A stretch of DNA of 64,000 nucleotides. Origin: Ministeria vibrans ATCC 50519. Its lineage: Eukaryota > Protista > Filasterea. Position 1 is the stretch's first letter. Each line of letters begins with the position of its first letter. Where the stretch lies: contig CALSCP010002128.1 of NCBI GenBank assembly GCA_943704425.1, positions 1 to 64,000 of the forward strand, written 5' to 3'. The position numbers and the translations under genes are program-made. The notes below the pieces were generated by a model. The model worked only from the letters and a program-made list of their open reading frames with translations. It had not been told where the DNA came from and searched no databases. Of this stretch, positions 28,608 to 39,186 are shown piece after piece.

Positions 28608-29858
28608 CTACTCGAGTGGATTTGAAGCGTTACTGTTATAGAAAAAGCGGTCGGTCTCGGGGGCAAGCAGGAGAGCCGAGTCAAAGAAGTCATTGTCGCT
28701 GTAGTCCCGACACCATTTGGACGGGTTGCGGCCCAAAGGTGTTCCATCGGTGTAGAGGACGGCACCGAGGGAAAGAAGAAGGAGGGCGATGACTTGAAGG
28801 AAGGAATAGCGGGTCCATGCCTCACCCTGGGTGCCGTGGGAGGTTGCAAAGAGGATAAGTTCGACAACGAAGACGGTGACGATGCGCATGGAGGAGACGA
28901 GCGCGCGATGGACTGATGAGAGGTGAAGACCAACCGCCTCGCTTGTCCCCGTGTAGATGCCGACGGCAATGCTTGCCGTGACCATGTACGTGATGATGGT
29001 GTGGTCGTTGCGCATCATGGCGAATGTGTCCGCTGTGTTCTCGAGCACTCCGCCAATGCCTCCGCCGAAGAAGCCCGACACGTGAATGTACTGCGCAGCG
29101 ACAAGAAAGACGGTCATGACAACAACGCAAATGACGCCCTGGATGCCGTTAATCCAGGCGGGCGTAAGGTGTGCCTCTTTCATGAGGCGCTCCTCGCCCA
29201 TGTAGCTCAGGGCATCCAGCAGCGACGACAACAACACCATGATGAGACCAACAATCGTATCCGTACGGGACTGCGAGCCGCCCCCACCGCTGCCATCGGT
29301 CAGCAGAATCTGGGCCACGACGCAGCCGGTGCCCAGCAGGCTGACAAAGACGCCGAGCCAGCGACGGCGAGACAGCCGTGCCGTTTGGCGTGGCAGCAGC
29401 AGCTTCGAGAAGGCTGCCGTAAAAACAATGGAGCTACAGCGCAAGCAGGACCACAGGGAGACGGGCAGCGCGTTCATGGACCAGGCGAGAAGGTTGATGC
29501 CGAGGACGCGGTTGAGCGAGAGCAGCACAAGGAGTGTGTTGACGGCACACTTGCTCCAACGCAATCGATCTTTGGCGTGCTTGTCAAACGTCGCGGGTGC
29601 CGACTCGTCCTGTAGATACATGTAGGGCCGCCGTCGGCGTTTGTCGAGCAGGTGCTCGCCGGCCACCCACAGCAAATTGAGCGTCATGGCAATGAAGACA
29701 AGTTCAGCCTGAAACAACGGCTTGGTGAACTTGTGAGGGGGATACTGAGGCAATCCTGTCGCCTCCTGTTGAAACGCCAGCTTGTAGAGCACGTTGTCGG
29801 CTGTGCCAGCCATCAGGCATGCTGTGCACAGCAGTGCCTGGAACAACAAAGCCTGCAT
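28608..29858 (-). CDS. SLC35F6-like / DMT-superfamily nucleotide-sugar-transporter-like protein, intronless
   Basis: About 10 hydrophobic segments; FTKPLFQAELVF, SLWSCLRCSSIVFTA, GEERLMK, LSSVHRALVSSMRIVTVF, GEAW..LQV are typical of SLC35F6-like proteins. Confidence 0.85.
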   Translation of the reverse strand: MQALLFQALLCTACLMAGTADNVLYKLAFQQEATGLPQYPPHKFTKPLFQAELVFIAMTLNLLWVAGEHLLDKRRRRPYMYLQDESAPATFDKHAKDRLRWSKCAVNTLLVLLSLNRVLGINLLAWSMNALPVSLWSCLRCSSIVFTAAFSKLLLPRQTARLSRRRWLGVFVSLLGTGCVVAQILLTDGSGGGGSQSRTDTIVGLIMVLLSSLLDALSYMGEERLMKEAHLTPAWINGIQGVICVVVMTVFLVAAQYIHVSGFFGGGIGGVLENTADTFAMMRNDHTIITYMVTASIAVGIYTGTSEAVGLHLSSVHRALVSSMRIVTVFVVELILFATSHGTQGEAWTRYSFLQVIALLLLSLGAVLYTDGTPLGRNPSKWCRDYSDNDFFDSALLLAPETDRFFYNSNASNPLE

Positions 29859-29960
29859 AAAGAAATGTGATTTATGATATTATTCATTCCAATTCTACCA
29901 TTTTTCTCTTTCTTTCTCATTATTCACACACACACACACACACATATTTCTCTAGCGTTG

Positions 29961-31612
29961 ATGATTGGAAAGCCTGTTGCACTGCTGATTGTGCTGTGCG
30001 TGGCTACGTGGCTGACGGGCAGAGCAGCTCTGGCCAGGGATGTGCCGTTGCCCATGCGAATTCCCTTTGCCGCGACCGCCCTGCTTCTAGGGGTGTTTAC
30101 GACGGCCCTTGCAGGCTGCACGCTGCTGGGCGTGCTGGGATGGTTTGGTCGACGACAGACGGTGCCCGTGGGCGGGACCGTCGTCGGCTTGTTCCACCCC
30201 TACTGCAATGCGGGCGGCGGCGGCGAACGCGTTCTCTGGGTTGGCATTCGCGCCCTCCAGCTCAAATACCCCGCCGTCCACTGCGTGGTCTACACGGGCG
30301 ATGACGCGTCCGCCCTGCGCAATGGTGGCGCCGACATTCTCGAGCGTGCCAAGAAAAGCTTCGGTGTCACTTTGCCACGGCCCGTCGACTTTGTCGGCTT
30401 ACGCTCGCGCTGGCTCGTCGAGGCCTCCACCTGGCCCCACTTTACGCTTATTATGCAGTCCCTGGGTAGCGTTGTGCTGGGCGCCGAGGCGCTGGCGCGC
30501 TGCCTTCCCGATGTCTACGTGGACACCATGGGCTACGCCTTCACCCTCCCGCTGTTTCACTATGTTGGCGCTCGCGTCGGCTGCTACGTTCACTACCCAA
30601 CCATCAGCACTGACATGCTCTCGCGCGTTCGTAACCGTGAACAGTCTTACAACAACAACGAGACCATCTCAAAGAGGTGCCAATGCCACAAATGAAGCTA
30701 ACACAACTTAACCATCTTTTGTGTGTTGTGTGTGTGTGTGCGCAGCGCCGTGTTGAGCAGCGCCAAACTTTTGTACTATCAACTGTTTGCCCATATTTAT
30801 GGACGAGTGGGACGCTATGGCGAGCAAATCATGGTGAATTCGTCGTGGACACATGGCCACATTGATGCCATCTGGCGCGCTCCCCAACGCACCTTCACCG
30901 TTTTCCCTCCCTGCGACACGACCACTCTCCAAGTTCGAACACAAGAGAAACTGCATGGGAGAGTCGGTTTTTTTTTGCTGCTGAAGTATGTGTTTTCTCC
31001 TAGAAAATTCCATTGAGTGGCAAAGGAAAGCGCACCCACCTGATTGTGTCGGTGTCGCAATTTCGACCGGAAAAGGACCAGGCGCTGCAAATACGATCGT
31101 TTGCGCGCTTTGTCAAGCAACACCCGGAATACGACGAGGCACGCTTGCGTCTGGTGGGCAGCTGTCGACATGCAGACGATTTTGCGCGCGTGGAGGAGCT
31201 TCGTGCGCTTGCGAGCACACTTGGGGTGAGCGAACGCGTTGAGTTTACCGTCAACGTGTCGTATGCGGAGCTGCAAGAGTCACTGGGCAGTGCACGAGTT
31301 GGCCTGCACACCATGTGGAATGAGCATTTTGGCATAGGTGTGGTGGAGTTTCTTGCGGCGGGTGCTGTGTGTGTGGCGCACAATTCGGGTGGACCGCAGC
31401 GCGACATTGTCACTGCGCACAAGGGACGCCCCACCGGCTTTCTTGCGGCCACCGAGACAGAGTATGCGGATGCACTGGCACGCGTGTTTGCATTGGATGC
31501 GGTAGAGTATCGTTGCGTGCAGGAGAGTGCGCGTGAGTCTGTCTCGGTGCGCTTTGGCGAGCAGGCGTTCAGTGAGGCATTTGTCAAGCATGTCGCACTG
31601 CTCATGAACTGA
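29961..31612 (+). CDS. ALG11: GDP-Man:Man3GlcNAc2-PP-Dol alpha-1,2-mannosyltransferase, 3 exons
   Basis: [77 protein letters not shown]. Confidence 0.96.
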
Positions 31613-31703
31613 GTGAGTGATTTGTATCTCGTCTTGAGGTCTGTATACATACGCGAACAATGGAGAGAGAGGAAAAGAATAAGAAGAAAAGACGGCAAAG
31701 GTC

Positions 31704-32928
31704 TTAAAGGAGTTTTGCAATGCTGTTAAGTGTGGCCAGGGCGGGACCCGCAATGGAAACGCCTTTGATGCGTTTGGGGATTTCAGGTTCGCGTGGGTTT
31801 ATCCGCACAAGACGGGCCTTGGCCCCAGCGAAGCGCACCAGCGACTCGGAAGCATAGCGGACCGTCGGCACTGCGAGTCCTGCGCCCATTTCAACCACAA
31901 CCACATTCTTGCCTGAACAATGTGTGCGCGTGTGAGAGAAAGAGAGAGAGAGAGAGAGAGAGACGATGCCTTGATTTACCTTTGAGGGGCCGAGTCCATT
32001 CTGTGAATCGCTCTTCTTGTGCGTCAGTGCGCTGTGAGGCCCATTTGTCGTCGTTGAACATGAGTACGTTGGGGCGTGCAAGATGTTCGGTGTTGCGTCG
32101 GCAGTGTGGTAAGTCACTGAGCGGGGCGCGAAAGGTCGTCGTGTCCACTTTGAGTGGTGACAGCTCTGAAATGAGACGTCGTGTCAGTTGAAGGGATGCT
32201 GTGAGAATAGCGCCCTTACGTTCGCCAGCGTCGAAAATGGGATCGTCGTCTTTCTCGTGGCACGATGGCTCAGTGCACTGCAGGTGGTGAATCGAACCAT
32301 GACACTCCAGGACGCGGTTTGGATCGTAGCCGCTCTTTTGGAATTGTCCGTCAATCTACACACAAAGGGCAAAGAGGATGTTGATGTTAGTTCGGTAGAG
32401 TGAGAATGTAAGTTGGGGTTCTCTTAAACTCACGTTGGAGGTGAACACAAAGTATTTGTCCGGACACCTTTCGCCCCACTCGCGCAAGATGCGAAATCCG
32501 TCGTGAGCTTCTGTCGCCGCATACAGACCATAGCGGTGTCCAAAGAAGCCCCAGGCAAGCTCGGGATCCTTGTCAAACCACGAAGGAGTGCTCATCTCGT
32601 GGAACTTGAGTCCGAGGTGCTTCATGGGCGGATAGGCTCGCCAGAAGCTGTACAAAGTGTGGATGTTGTGTGAACGATCACATTATAAGTTCTTGACGAC
32701 ATTTATTTGTACCCTTCGTCTCCACGAAAGTCTGGAAGACCCGAGTCAACTCCCATGCCTGCACCAGCAGCAATGAGAAGAGCGTCAGCCTACGCAGTGG
32801 GCCAGGAAGGAGAGAAAGAGAGAAGGATTGGGTTGATCAATACATACACTTCGAATGTAGTCGGCCGCCTGCTCGAACGATGCAGCAGAATCGCTCGCCG
32901 CCGCCGATGCTGCTGATCTGGAGGCCAT
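31704..32928 (-). CDS. Sirtuin (SIR2 family NAD+-dependent enzyme), bacterial-like subclass, multi-exon
   Basis: AGAGMGVDSGLPDFRG..G|FWRAYP, AWGFFGHR, FTSN|VDG, ECHGSIHHLQC (catalytic His), ARPNVLMFND, EMGAGLAVPTVR, LVRINPRE. Confidence 0.92.
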
Positions 32929-33078
32929 TCTTGAGAGTAGGATGAGAGTTTGTCGGAGACACAGAATGGTGAGAAGAAAATGTTTGTTTTGTAAAAATAA
33001 TAATAATGAATTAGCACTGGAAGTAAATACTGAAAATCGAGTCGCGGATTCTTTTTTGACCAAGTCACAGTGTCCACT

Positions 33079-34851
33079 ATGTATACTCCTGTGTCTGGGG
33101 GCAGTACAGCCTCGGCTCCTCTTCAAGCGCGAGGCTACAAATACGCGCTCCTTCTTGGTCGCTCGCACTACGACCCGAACAGCGACTCTCTTGATTCGCT
33201 CTGCGGCGTTGCACCGACCATGCGCAACATGGCCGTCGATTTGGTTGCCAACGGCTTTAAGGTCTTTGTCGTCGCAGACACGCCCGTTGCGCTGGCCCAG
33301 CCCGCCTCCACCGACGCCCGCGAAGAACTGCACTACACCGCCTCTGTAAACACCGCTCTTCAGAACGGCGATCTTTCCTGGCACGAGGGAGACGCCACAC
33401 GAGAGAGTGTGCGCCATGCGGTGGATGGCCTGGCTCATTCTGTGGCCGGTCACGATCCGAGTCCAACTGACGAACTTTATGTACACATCGCTTCGCATGG
33501 TGTCTCCAACGCCTCCACGGGCGAGACGGGCGCTGCACTGGCCAGCCTGCGACGCATATCTAGACCCCACACGGACAGCAGCGGAGTAGAGGTTGCGGCG
33601 TGCTTCGAGGGAGCGTACACGATGGGACAGCTTCACGAAGATTTGGAAGTCGACTTCAAACAACGCTGGCGCAACACCCTTGTGGTGCTCGACATGTGCC
33701 ACTCGGGAGGCGTCTTTGACACAGGCCAGCCCCAGACGGTGTGTCGTTGCCTTCGAGGACGGGGTGATAGTGCTGTTCTGCAGACTATGTACCTCTCTGA
33801 GTCGTTCCAGTGCCTCGCAGCTGCACCGAGCGAAACCCGCGCTTTTTGTCTCCCTACCGGCACGCTGCTCCACCGAGAACTGCGACGAGCGTGGCTTTCG
33901 CCCGGACATGATTCGGGAATCTTTTCTCTCGGCTCCGATGGCATAGCACAGTGGGCTACCATAGGCGCCGCGGTTCACCACGTCAATGTCGAGCTCGCGT
34001 TGGTCTTGTCTTCGTACGTGGTCACAGTCGCAGACCATTACGAGCTACGACAGACATGTGTGCTTGGAAGACTGCCATGGCGCATTGAAACCAATCTAGG
34101 CGAGTTTGTGTTGTTCAACAGGGCATTTGTAGAGACGAGGGTCGCTGGACTTGGCGAGCGGGACCTTTTGAGAATCAGTGAACACCTCGTCGAAGGTGTC
34201 ACTTCTGTCATTGCCACGGCAGACTTTGAGGACCGCCTTGCCACCGAATACCAAGACTGGCACGGTCAGAGCACCGCGGTGTGGGCTGAGATGGAAGGGC
34301 AAGGAGTCTTTCAGAATTCCACGAACCGCGCTGCATCGTGTTTGGCGCTCGCACAGTGGATTCAAGCGAACGCGGCTCAACGACAGTATACGGAGTTGCG
34401 CCTCAAGGTTGACAGCATGCGCATAAAGGGTCGTCGTGTACTTCAATTGTGGCGTCGCGCCGCGTCTCTTCCCGAACTACCACAGTTTCTCGTGACGCAT
34501 GGTATCGCCGAGATGTGCAATGTGGCGCTGGCGACTCTGCCGCTCGACGCAATTAACTATGTTCATCAGAATCCGGAAACGCTACACGCGCTTCCCGTTA
34601 CATCGTGGGCTCTTGTGCTCCTCATCAATGCTTGCGCCGTCGATACGCACACCAGCGCTATTCTCTATGCCTACGATCCCAATGTCCCTCTCCTGCGCAC
34701 TGCTTACCCCGAGAGAGACATGCGCGCCCTGCAGAATGCCGTTCTCGTCGAGTTGCCAACAAATTCCGCAGACCATGTCCCGGAGCCTCTTCGTCCACAT
34801 GTTCGTGACGTGCGACGTCGAATTTTGCAGACACTTCCACTCGCAATGTAA
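33079..34851 (+). CDS. Caspase-like peptidase C14 domain protein with unknown helical C-terminal region, intronless
   Basis: KYALLLGRSHY, DATRESV, LYVHIASHG (His, ~33496), LVVLDMCHSG (Cys, ~33697): caspase His-Cys dyad in the layout of prokaryote-like C14 domains. Confidence 0.85.
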   Translation: MYTPVSGGSTASAPLQARGYKYALLLGRSHYDPNSDSLDSLCGVAPTMRNMAVDLVANGFKVFVVADTPVALAQPASTDAREELHYTASVNTALQNGDLSWHEGDATRESVRHAVDGLAHSVAGHDPSPTDELYVHIASHGVSNASTGETGAALASLRRISRPHTDSSGVEVAACFEGAYTMGQLHEDLEVDFKQRWRNTLVVLDMCHSGGVFDTGQPQTVCRCLRGRGDSAVLQTMYLSESFQCLAAAPSETRAFCLPTGTLLHRELRRAWLSPGHDSGIFSLGSDGIAQWATIGAAVHHVNVELALVLSSYVVTVADHYELRQTCVLGRLPWRIETNLGEFVLFNRAFVETRVAGLGERDLLRISEHLVEGVTSVIATADFEDRLATEYQDWHGQSTAVWAEMEGQGVFQNSTNRAASCLALAQWIQANAAQRQYTELRLKVDSMRIKGRRVLQLWRRAASLPELPQFLVTHGIAEMCNVALATLPLDAINYVHQNPETLHALPVTSWALVLLINACAVDTHTSAILYAYDPNVPLLRTAYPERDMRALQNAVLVELPTNSADHVPEPLRPHVRDVRRRILQTLPLAM

Positions 34852-35119
34852 TGATTTTCATTTTTAGTATTATACTTTTGAAGGGACAGAAAGGGTTACT
34901 ATTTTGGTTGAGTGCCCAAGGCGGTCTGGCTGTGCTTTTGCCTGGTGTCCGTATCATCTTTGTTATACTTATCTTCATAATATTATTAAATCTGCTGCAG
35001 TTTGAATAAAAATTCTTCTTAGACTTGCAAACGAATGATGTGGGGGTCTTTTGCACTCACACACAACACACAAACAAACAAAAGACACACACACACACAC
35101 ACACACACAAACGAACAAA

Positions 35120-36196
35120 TCACGGTGTAAACACTTCCATAGCCTCAAAATAGAGCTTGCGGGTCCATACAGTGTCGGCATGCGTGTCAAAAAACTGCTT
35201 GCAATTATTCTCCAAGATACGAACGCCCGAGTGAAGGATGTTGAAAAAGACAACGAGGCGACTGTACAAATCACCGCGGTCGGAGTTACCGGGAAACTCG
35301 TCGTAGAGCAGATCGCGATCACGAAAGCACACAATGCGGGCCTGCAATGCCTGCGCAGAGCCCAGCTCCATCAGACACCACTTGCTGTCGTCAAACTTCT
35401 CGGTTGCTACGAGCACGACAGTCGAGCACTTTCGCAACGCCACAAAGATCGCCGTTTGATTGTTGTCGTCGATGTCTTTGAGATCCAGAAACGTAGGCAG
35501 CTGAAAGTGTTCGAGAACCAGCGCAATGTACACGGCAATTGTCTTGTCGGCGCCAGCGTGGCTGATGAAGATCTTATCGTCCGTCCGTAGCGTCGCTTGG
35601 TAGACGGTGTTTTGGTTGGCCATCACATCGTCGAGTTTGGAGGAGATTAGTGTCATCTGCTTTTGTAGAACGCCGATTTGCTCCCCAAGAGCAAGTTGGT
35701 GGATGAGCAGGTCCGTCATGGTGGTGTCATCAGCGGAAAAAGAGGATTGTGCGCGTGGGGGCGCGACTCGCAATGCGGCGCTAAGGTCAGCGGGGCGAAT
35801 GTATGCGCTCCGTGCAAAGGCGCTTTGCCCGACTGGTGACGCCGCTGATCCCGGCCGAGGTGTATGGCGACACAAAGAATCATGGTTGCTGCCGGTGAAG
35901 TTGGCGCAGCGGCTCACTGCGTGATGGTACACCAGATCCAAAAGTCGTTTGTCGTCGGGAGTTGCGTCTCTGCGGATGCTTGGGATGAATTCGTCAAGCA
36001 GAGCATCGCAAGTAGACGAGCCCGGCTGAATGTCAAAGGGGACTTCGTCGACACAGATATCAGAGACACGCACCCTTGAAGAATTGTAGACGGTGTCGCA
36101 GCGGCATGGCGAGAGTAACGACAGTACTCGTTGCAAACGCTCGTTTCGTAGTGGAACCGCGGACGCCACTTCAAAGCCGTGGGGAAGGAACTGCAT
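35120..36196 (-). CDS. TIR domain protein (TIR_2-like) preceded by a short coiled coil, intronless
   Basis: KIFISHAGADK, PTFLDLKDI, STVVLVATEKFDDSKWCLMEL (WCxxEL with catalytic Glu); heptad stretch LIHQLALGEQIGVLQKQMTLISSKLDDV upstream. Confidence 0.87.
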   Translation of the reverse strand: MQFLPHGFEVASAVPLRNERLQRVLSLLSPCRCDTVYNSSRVRVSDICVDEVPFDIQPGSSTCDALLDEFIPSIRRDATPDDKRLLDLVYHHAVSRCANFTGSNHDSLCRHTPRPGSAASPVGQSAFARSAYIRPADLSAALRVAPPRAQSSFSADDTTMTDLLIHQLALGEQIGVLQKQMTLISSKLDDVMANQNTVYQATLRTDDKIFISHAGADKTIAVYIALVLEHFQLPTFLDLKDIDDNNQTAIFVALRKCSTVVLVATEKFDDSKWCLMELGSAQALQARIVCFRDRDLLYDEFPGNSDRGDLYSRLVVFFNILHSGVRILENNCKQFFDTHADTVWTRKLYFEAMEVFTP

Positions 36197-36597
36197 GTAG
36201 CACAGAGGTCGGATAGTGAGTTGGTGATTGGTAAATTGAAATAAGTGTGAGTGAAAATTTGTTATTTTTGTATTTTAACGCACAGTCTGACGGTCGCAGG
36301 AAAACAATCACTCTAGCCAGCACTCGGCAGTCATCTCTCTTTTTTTCACTCTTGCATTCCATCTTTTTGGGACTAGCCTATGGAGCCTGGAGGCATTGTA
36401 TTACTCTTCATTGTATATTAACTCTTTAGGAAAAAAATTTAATTTCATATGATCAATCACAAACACAAACAAAAAGAAAACAACACTCACAGCTCAGAAC
36501 TGCTCTCTAAGGATAAAGGAATAAATGAATTAAAAAAATTACTCCAATGTCAGTCAAGGAGAAGAAAAAAGAATTAAAAACTACCAAATTTATCCGA

Positions 36598-39186
36598 TCA
36601 GGATGTTTGCGCATCGCAATGGGCTTGGTACAAGACGAGCTCAGCGTCAATGTCGTACGCTTGTCCATGATCGTGACAGGCTTCCTGTGCCTGCTGACAT
36701 GCCCAGCGTGCACTGTGCCACCGTTGTTGACTCGCTTCGTTTCGCCCGATCAGACGCCAGTACATGACGCGAAAAGGCTCATTCTCGGGACTCTGACCCA
36801 ACAACTCGTCAAAAGCCAAGGCGGCAAGTAACTCGTTCACAGCAGCAGCATGCTCACCAATACGACTTCGTGCCAATGCCCGGTTCCCGGAAACGAGCAT
36901 TGCCATCTTGCGATCGCCAATGCCAATGGCAGTACGACGCGCCTTTGCATAGTGCTCAAGCGCGACTGTGTCGTGGCCGTTGTGCGCGGCGCGGTCGCCC
37001 TGCTGCTTGTGCATAAGACACCATTGCCGCTGGCCATCTTCACTGTCCAAAAAGGCGGGATGATCAAAACGCCCAAGGTCGGCACGCCACTCCTGAGGCA
37101 CCAAGGACACTTCTGTCACGTCCAACCCTTGATGGCTCGTGAATGGCTCCCGCGCAAGTGCAATGGCATCCGCCGAGACATCGCTCGAGGACAGTTCAAG
37201 AACAGATAGATTCGTGGAAACGTGAGCGCCGGGAGGTACTGCAAGTGAGAGGAGCTCCATCGAGTGGAGATCAACCTGGACAGTCCAGGGAATGGGCAAC
37301 GCGAGTGGGTTAAACACGAGCCGCAGAGCCGGATCAACGGTCGCACCCCCTTGGTTCAAGAGGTTCTTTACGATGCTGGGAGGCACTCGTCGAGATGAAT
37401 TTAAAGGAGTCATTGATCCGCCAATGATACTCGCTTGCTTCGCCACCACCTTGTCAAAGTCCACCGGATAGCGCACAATGACTTTGTCGGCGTTGTCCAC
37501 CGTAAGGACTTCGCCGCTACAATGACTACAGGCGAGTCCGTGCCACTCGGAACTCAATCCAATGCTTGACTCGTCTTCAGAAGCATTAGAGAACATGTCC
37601 GCCGCCGACTCGCCAAACTGGACTGCAACCTGCTGCACCATGTCGCGCACCGCGCGTACATCGTCTCGTTGAGTAAACTCGCAGTCTTGTAACAGCTTGT
37701 CACTAATGTGTGCGGCGAGTCGCTCTCTCTCAGCGACGTCGCTGTGCGGCCACGACACGTCGAAGAGACTGCTGACTGCGTCTGGCTCGCGGAGTGCACT
37801 GTTTTCAGGACGGTCGTAGCCACACAACACCGACAGCAAGGTCTCAAACGCAATCCATCCGCGGCGCAAAGAGTCCTGCGGCTCATAGCAACGGAGCACA
37901 AGCATGTTGGTGCGATAGAAGCACCCCATCTGCATCAGAAGCTCGTTGAACAGCTCCTGTTCGCGCATGATTCGTGGCGGTTGCGGCAGGCAGCAGTAGT
38001 CAATCCACACGAGTGAGTTTGGCGCGAGCAAGCGCACTTCGGTCCCGACAAACCCAAGTGATGGTTCGGAGTCAGGCAACATCCTTTTGGGCGATCCAAT
38101 GTGGCGGATCGACAGCCGACCTCGTCTGCGAGAGGTGAGCATTTTCTTTGTCTTCCCTTCGGGATCTGGGTGAAATTGGGAATGCCACTTGTGCGAAACA
38201 AAGAAGAAAGGCTGTCCGGTCCAGCGAACATGGCGGCCCTTAACTTGTTGATAGCGTGGAAACACCTGGAAGGACAACACCACGTGCAGCGGAAGCAAAT
38301 GCAACTCGACGTCGCGCGAGAAGGGAATGCGGCACGATCGCACTGGCAAGTCCGTGCGGACCGACACGCCGTAGGGAACATTGACATGGACCCCGCTGAA
38401 TTGCTGGATCTGTACCGTCAGCGGCACGTCGGCGAGAAGTGCGCTGACAAAGACCTGCTGCGACTCAATGAAGACAATGTCGCCGCGGGAGAGGCGCTTC
38501 TCCACGGCGCGACACATGACGGGAAACGAGCTGACGGCCATACGCCAGCCGTACTTGCTGCGCATCATCTCAATGTGGTCTAATACGAGAGAACGCATCT
38601 CTTCCAGCGTCATCGACGTGAACTCCACCCAGCGCTGCTCGCTAGGCACAGTGGGCACACGGGTTTCTCCCGCATTCAACATCGCCTCCTCGAGAAGACT
38701 CGCAATGTCCTCTCTTGGACTCAACAGGTGTGCCATGGTCAGGGAGCGGACGGCGTGCGCAGCATGGGCGGAGCCACCGAGACACATCAGTACACGGCCG
38801 TGAGTGTACAGAACCTTCGCGGCCTCGCCAAGCGCCAAAGCTTGCTCACAGCTGGCCAGCGCATCAAGCGGACAGCCAAGGGCAAGGTGGCAGAGTGCGA
38901 TGTTGTTGTAGAGCTTGCGGCAAAGGTCGCGGTCAACATCGCGCCGCAGAGAGAGCAACGCGCTCTGATAGTGTTCAATGGCTTCACCGTGCTTTCCGGA
39001 CGCAACCAACTCCCTCCCAGTCTGGAGAACGTCGCGAGAGTCAGTGTTCGACGGAGTCACACTGAAAAAATATAATAACAATAGTATTATTATTATTTTG
39101 AGATTAAGGACCCACACACTCAAAAAGAAGCTTCCCCGCTTCTGCGAACATGCTAGAATCAATAATATACAACGCAGCACATACAA
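36598..39186 (-). CDS. TPR - HET-like domain - TPR protein; true 5' end uncertain (acceptor-like ttttttcag near 39062)
   Basis: N-terminal TPRs (GKHGEAIEHYQSAL, LYNNIALCHLALG); central FFFVSHKW..HPDP, VWIDYCCLPQ, RRGWIAFE (HET motifs SHxW/WID/RGWxxxE); C-terminal TPRs (ALEHYAKA, SGNRALAR). Confidence 0.8.
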   Translation of the reverse strand: MYVLRCILLILACSQKRGSFFLSVWVLNLKIIIILLLLYFFSVTPSNTDSRDVLQTGRELVASGKHGEAIEHYQSALLSLRRDVDRDLCRKLYNNIALCHLALGCPLDALASCEQALALGEAAKVLYTHGRVLMCLGGSAHAAHAVRSLTMAHLLSPREDIASLLEEAMLNAGETRVPTVPSEQRWVEFTSMTLEEMRSLVLDHIEMMRSKYGWRMAVSSFPVMCRAVEKRLSRGDIVFIESQQVFVSALLADVPLTVQIQQFSGVHVNVPYGVSVRTDLPVRSCRIPFSRDVELHLLPLHVVLSFQVFPRYQQVKGRHVRWTGQPFFFVSHKWHSQFHPDPEGKTKKMLTSRRRGRLSIRHIGSPKRMLPDSEPSLGFVGTEVRLLAPNSLVWIDYCCLPQPPRIMREQELFNELLMQMGCFYRTNMLVLRCYEPQDSLRRGWIAFETLLSVLCGYDRPENSALREPDAVSSLFDVSWPHSDVAERERLAAHISDKLLQDCEFTQRDDVRAVRDMVQQVAVQFGESAADMFSNASEDESSIGLSSEWHGLACSHCSGEVLTVDNADKVIVRYPVDFDKVVAKQASIIGGSMTPLNSSRRVPPSIVKNLLNQGGATVDPALRLVFNPLALPIPWTVQVDLHSMELLSLAVPPGAHVSTNLSVLELSSSDVSADAIALAREPFTSHQGLDVTEVSLVPQEWRADLGRFDHPAFLDSEDGQRQWCLMHKQQGDRAAHNGHDTVALEHYAKARRTAIGIGDRKMAMLVSGNRALARSRIGEHAAAVNELLAALAFDELLGQSPENEPFRVMYWRLIGRNEASQQRWHSARWACQQAQEACHDHGQAYDIDAELVLYQAHCDAQTS

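Noticed and set aside
32785-34038. 417-aa minus-strand ORF overlapping the caspase-like gene
   Set aside because: Antisense shadow; only its last part coincides with the real first exon of the sirtuin.
35900-36196. PARP-like N-terminus of the TIR protein
   Set aside because: Only a vague resemblance (VPLRNERLQRV); no H-Y-E catalytic motifs visible.
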